A DNA stretch of 64,000 nt. It comes from Nymphaea colorata (taxonomy: Eukaryota). This document shows positions 27,688 to 43,640 of this stretch, one piece after another. The translations under genes were made by a program, and so were the position numbers. The stretch's first letter is position 1. Each line of letters begins with the position of its first letter. The notes below the pieces were generated by a model that worked only from the letters and a program-made list of their open reading frames with translations, ran no database searches and was not told where the DNA came from. The stretch is from positions 34,162,001-34,226,000 of the forward strand of contig NC_045138.2 in assembly GCF_008831285.2 (NCBI RefSeq), written 5' to 3'.

Positions 27688-30600
27688 TCAACTCATTTTG
27701 CTTCTCCCTCCCAATGATCCGACACTAGAAGGGGCTGCAAGTGTCATTGAGGTGTTGCTGAGCATGAGAACCACTCGAGACATTGTTGGTCTTTCTGTTG
27801 CATTTTCTTGGACGCATAGTAGGCCCACATGAATGCATCTTAATATTTCATTTTTTTGCAGTGGCTCTGGCATCCTTTGATCTACCAGTTCTAGTGCTCT
27901 GTTTTCTCTCCAGAGCCTCCACACCTGCACGATAGGAATCCAAAGTACCAATATGTGAAATCAATTTGGGTAACTTTTCAAACTACCCTTGACTCAGACT
28001 TGGGCTTAGATCGACAAAATTCTGGTGCTTGATTTAGCAAATCGTGTACTTACATAACCAACAATATCACCAGAATAATCTGCTCGATAGAATGCTGCGT
28101 TTCTTTCGCCAGTAACAATCTCCAACAACAAGACTCCAAAGCTAAAAATATCTGATTTAGTAGAGAATTGACCTTTCATAGCATACTCAGGTGACATATA
28201 CCCACTGTAGGAGCCAGAAACTCAATTAGTAACATAAACTTTATTGTTTGCAAAGTTGGCATGTCCAAATAACTATAAACTGCTAAGGAAACACAACGAC
28301 AACTTACTATGTTCCAACAATTTTGCTTGTGTTGCCATGTGTTTGTTCCATCCCAAGAAGCCTTGCCAGTCCAAAGTCGGATATTTTAGCGTTCATATCT
28401 TCATCTAACAAGATGTTGCTTGCTTTCAAGTCCCTGTGTATAACCCTTAGCCTAGAGTCTTCGTGAAGATACAAAATGCCTCTTGCTATTCCTGCAATGA
28501 TCTTAAAACGTGTCGCCCAGTCCAGCAGATCCCTTTTTGATGCACGCCCTGTTGATAGTAAGATGATGTTACCAAAGGCATGATGAGGAGGATAACTTTT
28601 TGGAAGAACATCAATTTCACTGCTTTAACATAGCTACCTATAAATGACTTGCAAATCACCTTCGCTGACTATAAATGACTTGCAAGAGGAATTCGTGGCA
28701 AACCAAAATATCAACAAACAAAACATTCTTACGAGTAATGACAAGAAAATATGGATAATCAAGTTGATGTAACAAAATGAATGCAGGATAATGACAGTTG
28801 AAAGCAGATAAATACTAAGGTAACTTACCAAATAGAAAATTGTCTAGGCTTTTGTTAGGCACATATTCATAGACAAGTATTTTCTCGTCTTGTTCACAGC
28901 AACAACCAAGAAGCCTAACCAAGTTCCTATGTTGAAGTTTGGCGACCAATGCTACCTCATTTTTGAATTCAGTGACTCCATGCGTAGAATTCATAGAAAG
29001 TTTTTTTACTGCAATTATTTGACCATCTGGTAGCTCGCCCTATCCAACAGCTAAAAGACGTTCAGTGAGCCATCAAGCAACAGGAAAGTCAAGGTAGAGA
29101 AAAGATATTCAAATAGTTGGAGAACTACCTTGTACACTGGGCCATAGCCACCTTCTCCAAGTTTGTTTGCCCCAGTGAAGTTGTTGGTGGCAACTTTAAT
29201 AGAATTCAAGTCATAAATCATTGATCGAATGCCTTCCATGCCACTTGTATCTGCACATAGATTTCATATAATATGTAAGAAGTTATTGATACAGAATGAT
29301 GCTTTTGTGTTTTATAGAAAATCCTTCTCTACAAATCGAGGTAGGCAATTATGCAAATTTTGTCAATTCTGGAATGATCAAAATGTTCAACTTGGAGCTG
29401 CTTCTGGTGGGACTTTCTTCAAGATGATCGTTTGAATTTCCACCATGTCATGAGAAGATATTGAACGCATGATCGCAACATGCAAATGTAGCACCTTCAA
29501 TATTGTCCTCCCAAGCAGCTCAAATACTTGGCAAATTCCGCTTAAGGATTTCTTGCAATTAGAAGGGAGGGAGTATCCCATTGGGTATCAGACACCTATA
29601 TGGCTATATCTATAGATATTTGCAATCAAACCAAGTCCCTTTGTATTCTCAATTTTGCAAAAGCATACCCAGCTTCCATCACCAGCCTAAAGAGGGCATT
29701 TTGTTCACTGAAGCGCACAGAGTCCATGAAACACACAACGATGCAAACATGGGACATGTAGAACAAGCCCTTTGAAATGCCATTATGGCGAGTAATCGAG
29801 GAACGCTGATGAAGCAGAGAATCCATTTGTTAGGAAGCAAACACAGCTCGGAGAGGATCAGCAACAGGACGTTCCTTCCTGGAACACCAAGAACAAGGTG
29901 CAAGAAACGGATATCCCATTCCGCAACCAGAGACAAACGCCCTTAAGTATTTCTTTAAGTTGGGCTAACTGACTGTAGGCATCATATGTGTACCACAACG
30001 CCCATTATCTCCTTTGCAAAAGCTATTCGCACAATGGTCAGATCAACACGAATTATCAAGTATCTCCATTTAGGCAGAAAAACTTTTGCAGAAAGAACTT
30101 TCTTTCCAGGTGGACAATACATACACATTTAGAAAGAAATGTCTGATGTTAGTCAAAGTGGCCCTACATATGTTTCTATTTTCCCCATCTCTTTGCATAT
30201 GAATTGAGGTGAAGATTTGACACTTTAAACAGAGGAGGAATCTAAAATTGGCTCCAATTCACTAAAGATTTCTAACCAAGAAAGATCTTGTCAACAGGGG
30301 CAGCATATGTGATATGTTTTCTTTGCTAACAAGGTCTGATCATGTGCAGGATTCTTGGGGGATCTCGTGTTAATGGCAGAAAACTTGTCGCATCTGTCGC
30401 ACGACACCACACAAAAAAGACCATCCCTGATCAATATTGATAAGGAAAGGGCGATGGTTCAAGTTCGAGAATGGTGGCAGGGCCCTTTGGTATGTATAAC
30501 CTGCACTAGTTAACTAAACCCCCAAATAGTATCATCTAACTTTAACAAATTTCTGAAGTTGGTTACCTGGTGTACCCTGACGCCGACTCTTCCTCCTCTT

Positions 30601-31655
30601 AAAGAAGCATACCAAGAAAATGCACAACAGCAGCAGCAGAAATACGGAGACTGACGTGCCCAGGATCACCGCAGTCTTCGAGGAATCCCCACCAGATACT
30701 TCACACGGAGAACACGAAATGGACAACAATTGAGAAGAAAAATGAATGATAACAAGCTATTTTCTTCCGTTTCTCAAACATGGAAGAACGGAAAACAGAA
30801 ATGGAGAGTGGAGCAGAGAGGATGCACAGGATTAGTACCAGGAAAATTGTCCGGAGTTGAGGGAGTCGTAGACTGGTTAGCTGGTGGTGGTGGTGGTGAA
30901 GAAGCCGGCCGTGCCGGCGCCGGAGTTAAGCTTCCATAGAAAGGGTAGATCTCGTATCTTATCACACAGCTAGGGGACAGAATCCTGGCACTCTCTCTGT
31001 CTGAGCAACACTGCCAGATGGTAGTAATGGAAGTCTTTAAACACGAGTCGCAGGATTTCAATGATAAGTCTCCTGTGCACTCGACCAGACCGTACAGAGT
31101 GATGTTATCTGTATACCAAACATAACCAGTCGCATACATGAGGGTTGAGTTTTTAGTGGTGGCTGACATACTGAGGTTGTTGAAGAAGGACCGCAGAAGT
31201 TGTTTAAATTGTACGGGGTTGGGGATGCTATCTCCGTCCACATAACTGTTTTTGGACTCGTCTATGATCCCGAAGAAATTGAAGCTGGTGTAGCGTAAGA
31301 GGCAATTGTCGAACCATATGACGGCCGCCTTGCTGTTGGGGCATAGTTCTAGGATCTGAGAGGCAGCGGAGTCCGCACAGGTGCTGCAGTCACCGGCGGA
31401 GATATCTTTGTAGCACTGCACCAGGCCATGAACTTGGTCGGCGCCCTTGCCGACGCTAGTGTTGTAGAAGCCTGTGAAGGAAGCGTTTTCTCTGAGAGAC
31501 GCCAAGAGACGGTTCAGGTTGTTTTCGTAGGTGCTGTTGCTGGTATAGTTTAGAGCAGTGGTGAGGCAGTCGTGGTAGGGGACCTGAGCGCAGATGACGT
31601 GGAAGAAAAAGAAGAGAACTGGTAGGGATTTTAGGTAATGGAGACAAGCAGCCAT
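27688..31655 (-). CDS. Cysteine-rich receptor-like kinase (CRK-D); ~636 aa, C-terminal tail shortened by an in-frame TGA
   Basis: Exons 30839-31655, 30567-30698, 29129-29250, 28829-29039, 28308-28548, 28054-28204, 27688-27924. 2xDUF26, TM, GEGGYG P-loop, [22 protein letters not shown]. Confidence 0.9.
29330..30130 (-). mobile_element. Possible LINE 3' remnant in CRK-D intron 2
   Basis: Degenerate [13 protein letters not shown] (cf. LINE WxIWxxRN) and a weak zf-RVT-like C..C..SVS-H-L motif. This intron is ~1.3 kb versus ~0.42 kb in the close paralogue CRK-E. Confidence 0.4.
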
Positions 31656-33506
31656 CACCACGAACCTTTTTGGGGAAGGGGAAGAAAGGGCAGAAGACGG
31701 CGGCAGGTAGGGAGGCCGTGAGAAAATACTATGGTCGTCGTTGTACCGTATTTAAGATTTTCCTTGTTGTTTTCGTCAGGACTGTTACGGTGTTACCGAC
31801 TTTTGTCAAAAAGATCTGCCTTGGCAAGTCGCGATCCAACTGATCAGGCACCGTAGCAACTCTAAAGTCGATTTTTCAATTGTATTTTCAAAAGTTACAT
31901 CTTCTGTGGTTAAATTTTTCAATTCTGAGCATTTCAGAAACGTTCCAGAACCCGAAAATTATTGATCAACCAACTTTGTCTCGGTATCTTTAACATCTCC
32001 ATATGCAAATGGGGATATTATCAGGGGGAAAAGTCAACCGTGCAAAAGAGATCCTCGTTTTGTGGGCTCGTATTACTTGTGCTGATTATGAGCAATTAAG
32101 AGGTGTTTTATGAGGTCCTGTAAAAACAGAGAAGCTTGTTACAACAATAAAACCTCTATCGCTGTGCCTCTAAGCCGAACATGGCTGAACGGCCTTAAAT
32201 CTAGTGTCTCTCATCTGTGATGCTGTTCACTTTCACTCGTTCTACGGTTCTGAAGCACGTGGGCTCTCATCTCGGTTGTTAAAAGTTTTAACGAAATGCT
32301 TGATAATTATACTGCAGGCGATCTGCGCTCAACGTTTTTTATTGTTATCGGAGATCAAATTTGGGTTTTGGGAAGATGGAGGTTTAGCTTTTCTTGCGTT
32401 AGATGAAATGCCCCTCCTAGTCCTACTCACCCAATTTAACTTTATTTTGGGGTTTGACGGTAGAGCATTTTGATGCCTTACAAATATCGTCAGAACAAAT
32501 TTGGTTGTGTCCATCTTTCCAGCCCATTCGGTGTCTTAAAAATTCAAGGTTGTTTTCGTTAGAGAGGTTTACATCGAAGTACTTTGCGTGGTTTCTCTAG
32601 TAATAAAGATCACCAGAAAATCCATTCGTTTTCTTGAGTTCTCAGTGAGTAAAAAAAAAAATGTGGTTAAAAACTTTCAAAATGTTTTTTTCTTTTCGAA
32701 GAAAAAGAACTCAAAAGGATCATCTTCCAATATTGTTTTGATAAAAGGGCTAAAAAATCTAACTCCTTCAATGTCTGATGAGATTTTAACTGGTTCAACA
32801 TAAGGTCTTAAACGCCGCTCGCGAAGTTTTTATGAATGTTGGGATATCACCGCCTTCATTAATTTCTCCGTTCCGACTTAAATGCTTAGATAAAGATGCG
32901 AGAGCTGATCCAAAGTGACTGCTGGCAACTTCGATCACAGAATTCTGTCTTCTTCGCATGAATGCGACACCTATCAAGAGTATATGCTGAGGTTGTGAAT
33001 GGAATTCAACTGCTTTTGTTCATCGATTGCTTCTGCTTTCTCTTCTTTAATTAAAAGCAAGCCCTTTAAAGAAAGGCAATTTACGGCTCAAGGGGATAAC
33101 TCAAAAACCAGTTCAGTAGCTAATGAAGCTTGTTCTACCACTAATTAAAGCCTTCCCACAACACCTTTATGCGTATTGTACTACAACATTTCATTACAGG
33201 ACGAACATTATGTCACCAAGAGATGATTTGTAGCCCCCTCTGTGCCTGAAACCTGTGGCTGTTTGTCTCACAATGGTAATACCGTGCCATCATTCTATAG
33301 TAATCCCTTACAGTTGATTGGTACACTTGTACAACATCATGTGTCATATGTTAATGCGACAAAAGATCTTAAGAGACAATTGGTAAACAGAAATAGGACT
33401 TAAAATCAGCAAGCAAACATAACGGTGCCTGGTTCGCTCAACGGTAGTTCTTCTGTTGCATTTGGAAGCACTGGCTACTAAATCACACTGCATTAGACAA
33501 TCAATT

Positions 33507-36653
<3,147 letters not shown>

Positions 36654-38975
36654 CACCGTGCGGTTGGAGATGCTTTCAGGCTCGCAGCATCGCAGGGGAA
36701 AGAGCAGGCGCTTCTTTTATGGTCGATCTTCTCAGCTCTTCTTGTCGACTTCGTCAAACTGAGTTTTAGTCCTTCCAGATTTTTGGTAGTTGGGTCCAGT
36801 CAGCACATGCGAAGGTCATACAGCCCCAAGCTGATTGCTGCCTTACTTGCCTTCTTCTTTCATTTCCAGTCCCATGGCTGGAGGTTGTTCGTTCCCATGG
36901 AAGCGGATTCGGAGGAGGAGAGACGAAAATTAGAGCATCAGTCTGATGCCTTAATCTCTTGAAAGATTGTCAATCGTTTGCCTCTAATGGTTGTTCCAAG
37001 CACAATAATTGATGGTTCAATTGGTTTGATGGGTACCTAAGAGCAAATAAATCGATGGTTGTATTTGGAGGGAAGGATGGGGAACTGCATGCGGATGTGA
37101 ACAGGTGGATGTTTTTCCCCAAAATTTTGCAGGGACCACATACTTTGCATTTACGTTGAAGACGGGGGAAAAAGAGAAGGCAGAAGGGTCTTCTTCGTGT
37201 TCCTTTGTACAGTGCGACTGCTAAACTTTGCCACCCATCAGGGAGAAACACCAACACAAGCCGCCATATAAGGAACACACTTTCGAAAGAATTTGTATGT
37301 ACTGGAACGCTACCTGAATTACAGATGAGGTTGAATCTATACCGCAAAACCAAATCGAAATCTAATTGCCGACATCTATACAAATAAAGCTCGGGAGGCC
37401 CGGGGGGTTCGATTGGATTTGGATCAATTCGTTGTAATCGGATTTAATTTAGAGAATGGGTTGGAAGGATTCAAAGAAGATAAATTCTTGAAAAGAAGAG
37501 CGAATTCTTAATTTCTTATCCATCCACGACATTGTGGGGGCAACTTTTATAAATGAAATGAAGACGGAGATGGGGACTCAATTGAGAACCTGAAAGCACC
37601 TTTGTCCACAAAGGCAACATTAATGATGTTGTTGAATGTTAAGTATGATGCCGCTACTTCTCCAACAAGCCTGCATTGTGCCCCACTCTATGTAATGTAA
37701 TGTAACGACCATAGTACCCTACCCTGTTTATTATTTTTCCTCCGTATTAACTTCCGAGTCAAAGACGCGTTCACGCACATCGCCCTCGACCTCGTGGCCC
37801 GTCACGACAACTATCTACATAACCACCACAGCTCTCTCAATCTCCCCGTCCTCCTCCTTTGCTTTCCTTCTTTATGTTATTCGTTGATTGGTGACACGTC
37901 TTAATTCATTGTCACCACATACATTTTGATTTGAATGGATTTCTGGGCACATCTCTCTCTTTCTCCGTTTCCTAACAAAATTCTCCAATTACCTGCCCTC
38001 TTCTTTCTTTCTTTTCTATGATATAAGAAAACACGAAAAGAAATGCTCAACACGCGTGCTTCCTTTCATTTAAACATGTCTATTCTCAATTACTTTGCAA
38101 AAAATAGTTGTTTAATGAAAAAGGTAGTTACTGCCCACCCTTGCGATTAGGACGTATGAGATGACTAGGAGTTAATGGCTATAATAACCAAAGTATAGAC
38201 TAAACTTTTGTAAATTACAAGGAGATAATATTAGCCTATAAGAACCGAAGCTGACTCGTTCGTTGAACAAAACAGATGAATTATGTTTGAGTTGTTCATT
38301 CAATTCAAATATTTTAGGGAGATTAGTCTAACCTTACCCTCCACAAAAGTTCAAGCTCTTATGGGAAACGTAAAAACAGTGCCGTCCCACTTGGGGCTAC
38401 CAGACCCTCCGCAGAAAGTCTGTTCAGGACATTCTTGTCCACTTTGAAACGCCCAACCTCCACCGCTTATCCACGCATCAGCATCGTACTGGAGAGAGTC
38501 GTCCAGGACAAACATGTTACAGTTCCCGTTTCATTTTGAACGTTGAAAGAAAAGGGCATGACGGCTGACCGTCGATCGAGACCCTTCACCCACAACGACT
38601 AAAAGGCGGACCTCGTTATATACGGCATACTAGTTTATTAATTTTTCGTGCGTCAGTGAAAATACGATTTTTTTTTTTTTAAAATGAAAACAAAAAACCC
38701 TACAAAGTGCATAATTTTTTTTAATTGTTAACTACGGATGACGGTGCAGGCAATTCAATCTTACACAAAAAGTCACTGCATTTCATTGTCTCGCGACTAC
38801 CAGAAAGATACGTAGAAGGGCATTTAGTCCACCACAGTCACAGATTGGGACCATTTATTGGCGACTCTTATTCTAGCACACAAGGAGAGGGACATTCAAG
38901 GACGGAAGCACGCATTTTACATCATATACGGCAGCTGGACCTTGTCTCCGAGCTCGTTCGTCGTCGTTGTTGTCC

Positions 38976-40350
38976 TCATTCCGAGGCAATTAAGTGGCTC
39001 TTGGAGCTCGACTGCTGCAGCAATCTTCTGTCTTCGATTCTCCTGTTTTTCCTGCTCACAAGGACGTGGCAGATGGCGCTCACCAGTAGGGAGGTTGTTG
39101 CAGAGACTGATGCAGCGATCACGACAGCATCTCTCGATATTGAGCATATACACCTATTACATCCTTCAAACATACAAAATCAAATATGAATGTCAAATGA
39201 GTCATCACAATTAAGGCGGGCGGTTGAGTGTAACGTTAGCAAGTAGTCTTTGATTAACAAAATAAATGTTGAGAAGACTCCGCTCTCAGTTGAGGCTGAG
39301 CGTAAATCCTCTTAAACAACCTCTTTTACTGGATAACACGGTCTCTGCTTTCATGGGGGTTTTTCAGTCAAAAACAGGTTCCCATGTAATCGAAAGAAGA
39401 AAGCGAAAAAACAGAGGCGAAACTTTCAACGAAATCATCCTCTTAACGAACGTATCTCTGTTTTTTTTTTTTTTTTTTCTCCAAAAAAATTTCCTCTTTG
39501 TTTGTTGCAAGAAAGATAAAACGATAGCAGAAAAATGCTCACCAGTAACAACAACAGAAGAATTCGTCGGAGCTCCACCCGATGTGGAGGAAGGCGGTGG
39601 TGGCAGCGTCACCAGCGAAGTCGACAAGTTCCCGAAGAAGGGGTATATCTCGTACCTTATAACGCAGCTGCCGGACAGAATTCTAGCCCCTCGTTTGTCG
39701 GAGCAACACTGAGAGATGGCACGCACGGAGCTCTTCAAACAAGAATTGCAGAAGTTGAACGAGAGATCCCTCGTGCACTCTGCGAGGCAATAGAGGGTGA
39801 CGTTGTCGGTGTACTTAACACTTTCAGTGGCGTACATGTGGCCGGAGATATTGGTGGTAGCTGACTTAATGAGATTGTCGAACAAGACCTGAACGATTGG
39901 CTTGAATCTTGCAGGGTTGGACATGCTGACGGTGTTCACGAGAGCCATTTTCGATGCGTCGACGATCCCAAAGAAATTGAAGCTGCTGTAGCGCAGGAGA
40001 CAGTCGTCGAACCATATGACGCCCATCCGCTTGCCCGGGCACACTTGGACGATCTGAGAGGCAGCAGAGGCCGCACAACTGCGGCAGTCGTCGGCGGAGA
40101 TGTCTCCGTGGCACTGCACCAGGCCATGGACTTGCTCGGGGCTCTGGCCTACCGTGGTATTGTAGAAGCCACGAGAGACCGATGATTTGGCTGCCAGGGA
40201 GGCCAAGAGGGCGTTCAGATTGCGCTCGAAGCTGCTGTTGGTGTTGTAACTGAGAGCAGAGATGGGGCAACTGTAATAAGGACTCTGAGCGCTACTCAGG
40301 CGCAAGAAAGAGGGAAACAGAAAAATTGTGATGTACCAAATGGAAATCAT
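38976..40350 (-). CDS. Kinase-less DUF26 receptor-like protein (CRK-F): signal peptide, 2xDUF26, TM, ~24-aa cytoplasmic tail; ~331 aa
   Basis: Exon 1 39543-40350 (808 nt, phase-1 donor G|GTGAG). Exon 2 38976-39163: its acceptor TGAAG|GATGTAATAGG resembles the CRK-E exon-2 acceptor TGAAAG|GATCTGGTAGG, and it encodes the TM-like AVVIAASVSATTSLLVSAICHVLVS, then RKNRR... and a stop. No kinase exons seen between 36.7 and 39 kb. Confidence 0.75.
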
Positions 40351-40999
40351 TTCAAGAGTGCGATGATAATGGATTCGGGACTCGAGGAAGAAACCAGAGC
40401 AGGAGGGAAGGTTCAGGTGCTGATAGAGGGAGTACTGTAAAGCTCGTTTCTCGGTTGATACTTTGACTGGTGGTGCTGATGATTTTCGTAGCTCTTTAAC
40501 CGCTACAAAAAAATTTCAATTTCAAGATTAAGACAGCAACCATATTTTGTTGTTTGAGATATCTATTCCATATATCTGCCTGTGTGGGACCGAAGTAGAT
40601 AGTCAGAAAGACCATGGCTTGTGAACACGCACGGATCATTAGTCGGACGCACTGAAGCTGCACCTTTATGCTAAAATGGTTTCACTTTTACGGAAAGGCA
40701 AATGACTTCTTTCTCTGTTTTTTTTTTTTTTTCTCTGTATTTTTCTGAGGGCATTAGGGTTAGGCAGATTGCCACTTGTCATATCAAAAGGCGGCCAATC
40801 TTTGGGATTTAGGTCATGTGCACAGAAATTACCGTTGAGGAGATTTGCATCGACATTTTTCATCCAAAACGATGTGTACGGCGAGGGTAAAATTAACCCG
40901 CAAAAAAATCTCTCTCTTGAGTTTGGACCTTTTACCGTGGGGAATTTCACCCGCAACGCAGAATCTCCTCTCTGGCTGCCTCTCCTCTCTCGCTCTCTG

Positions 41000-41640
41000 G
41001 TTCCTCTACGCCGATCATCGCTGCAGCTATTGAGCTCCACCACCACATTCCGGCCGTGAAAAGAAGGGTTGGAGCTCCATCTTGCATGGTCGTTGTTAGG
41101 TGGCGTGGCCTTCGTCGGTACTACGATGCCTAAATATATGTACGGGAAATTTCGGCTTCCAGACAGTGCATGCCGGGTTTTTGAAGAAATCCCTCAAAGG
41201 AAAGCTTTCTCCTGGAACATTTTGATGATGGGTTTTGCTGACTGCGAAGGGATCACAGACGCACTCCAATTGTTCGGCGAAATGCCTGAACTGGAGCGAG
41301 ATGAAGTTTCCTGGAACACCATCATCGCAGGATGAGTTCAGAATGGTCGAGGTGAGGAAGGCCTAAAACTATTCATCCGTATGTTTTGTTTTCTGATCAT
41401 ATTCCTAATTCGTTTACCTTAGTCAGCGCCCTAAATTCTTGTTCGAGTTCGTGTTGGATTGGCCTTGTTCACAAATTCATTCTTTTTCCCTTAAACTGGA
41501 CGCTTTGGTTGATGACCATTCGATCCAGTGTGCGCTTGTAAGTATGTACATAAAACTTTGTGATATTAAGAGTGAGTGCGCAAACTGTTTTCGGCATATA
41601 CTCTAGTGGAATTCCATAATTTCTGGCTTATTTTATACTG
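41000..41640 (+). pseudogene. Decayed PLS-class pentatricopeptide repeat (PPR) gene fragment
   Basis: Reads MYGKFRLPDSACRVFEEIPQRKAFSWNILMMGFA...DALQLFGEMPELERDEVSWNTIIAG, then TGA (41333-41335), then in-frame VQNGRGEEGLKLFIRM, followed by frameshifted PNSFTLVSALNSCS, IQCALVSMYIK and WNSIISG. Boundaries approximate. Confidence 0.85.
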
Positions 41641-42753
41641 AGCGTTATATTTGAGCATTTGCGTTTTTTTTTTTTTTCTTTTTCTTTGTGTTTATACTCT
41701 ATTGCAATCCAAATGCAATGGAATTCCTTTGTTGTGAATTTGCGTCTCTACTAGAAATAGAACCGGTTATTGTAAGGAATGAAGTTAGGAATAATTTTTG
41801 TCTGAAATAGAATGAGACATTGCCATGCATTCAAATAGTATGCTTAGGTGTAAACCTTAACATTTTGTTGTCTTGAAATATCATTTTCTTTCAATTCAAT
41901 TTGTTTCCACGTGAATTTGGAGGGAAACAAAAAAAAAACAATTACTACTAACGGTTTTGAAACATGATTAATTTTACAGTGCAAAAAACTACTTTGTCAT
42001 CAAACAGGGCTTAGTAAATTTTTCCAACCATGATAAAATTACCACGTTCAATTCTTACATGCCATCAAACGAACTCTTAAGGGTGATTGAGATCTGATTT
42101 GAAATCCCTTTCAGTGAGCCCCCCGCATTAAGTTTCAAGATTGGAGATCACCAGCATGGTGCCCAAACCTCAAATATATTTGAGTTTCCATGGAAAGGGG
42201 ATTGACTTTAAATCCTTGAGTCTATCAAATCAAATTAGCTTGGAGCTCAACATGCCCTAAAAAATTTTAACTCCGACTTTGTTACCAAGTGGGAGGACAA
42301 GTAGTTCATGAAACTGCCGAGCTTTTCGGGATATATATGTATAATAATTTCCTGTGTTTTGCGCTAGCTAGTTGTTCCTTATTCCTATTTCACAGTCCTT
42401 CCCCTGCCTCGTTGAAGTCTACTGTATTTTCAACTTTACCACAATGCAAAGGCACCGCATCCAGCAAGATATTTCAGAAACAAAGAATAAAGTAAGGGCT
42501 CTCTTCCATGACGCCCCCATGAACCCTTTAAATCTCATTACCGGTGCTACAGAAATTTCGGTTCGGGGAAAAAAGTTAGCTAGATTGATGAAAGCTGTTG
42601 CGTTTGGAAGGAAAGTGTACGGTCAAAGTTGATTGAAACTATACGAATCCTCGTGGATGCACACACGGGCAAGAGAGTTTTGAGTTTATCAAAGCGACTT
42701 CCACCACATGAACCGAACGTTAGTTCTGTCTTCGCCATTCAAGCAACTTCTTA

Positions 42754-43171
42754 TGGGGTCGTTTGATCTTTTGATTCTGGAATCAAAATTCCATAATCAA
42801 GTTTTCACCTCAACCTTGAATTAGAATGAAATTTTCAGTTTCATTTGATAGTATGGACTTTTGATTCTAGATTTAAAATAAACTTGTTTGATGAAAAAAA
42901 TAATTAAAATTCTAGAGTTCATGAATTAGAGCTCTAGAGTTCACGAACTAAAGCCTTCATGTGGCCAAAAGAAATATGAAAAGATTCTAATTCTATATAA
43001 TCATAATTTCATCCCCTAGGATGGACTCGTAATTCTGGAATTTGGATTCTAGAATGAGCCAATATTCCAAAATCAAAAATTTTTGTTCGAATTAATACAA
43101 TTCTCATTTTTAAAAAAATGAAAATAAATGACTTTAAAATTCCATGGATTCCAAGTAAATCAAACGCCTAC
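42754..43171. mobile_element. Tourist/PIF-Harbinger-like MITE
   Basis: Imperfect terminal inverted repeats GGGGTCGTTTGAT ... ATCAAACGCCTAC, preceded by TTA; AT-rich interior with repeated GATTC/GAAT motifs; ~420 bp. Confidence 0.55.
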
Positions 43172-43640
43172 TATATGAATGCTGCTGCCAAGAACGTCCT
43201 TAATGAAAATAAAAAGGGGGAAAGATCAAGGTTTGGAAATTTAAAAATGTGTTGCATGCAACTTCGAACTCTGTTTTGTTTTTCAAGAGTAACAAAAAGT
43301 TTTGTGCGTAATCACAATATGCTCGAAGCAGAGAACAACGTCGACACAGGAGATAAACAGGCCACTAAAACCACAGCTACCCATTTTTCGTGGGACAAAA
43401 CTAGAGAACCCGTGTAAAACACGTACGCAGGCACGCACACCCTCCACACACATACACATAAGCTCGAAAAATGGCAGATATCTATACCCCATAAACTCGA
43501 AATGATGTTGCTGAACCTCCTTGGTGGCGATTGGAAGTCACTTACCAAACCATAATTGTATGAAGTGGTCTTGGTTCCTTTACGAGTCTAAATGCAAGCC
43601 CAGGTTAAGGAAGAAAACTAGAAGGACTGGCATTAAGTCG

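Noticed and set aside
28638..28685. 17-bp direct repeat CTATAAATGACTTGCAA with a spacer (CRISPR-like look)
   Set aside because: Only two units, inside a plant intron; a local slippage duplication.
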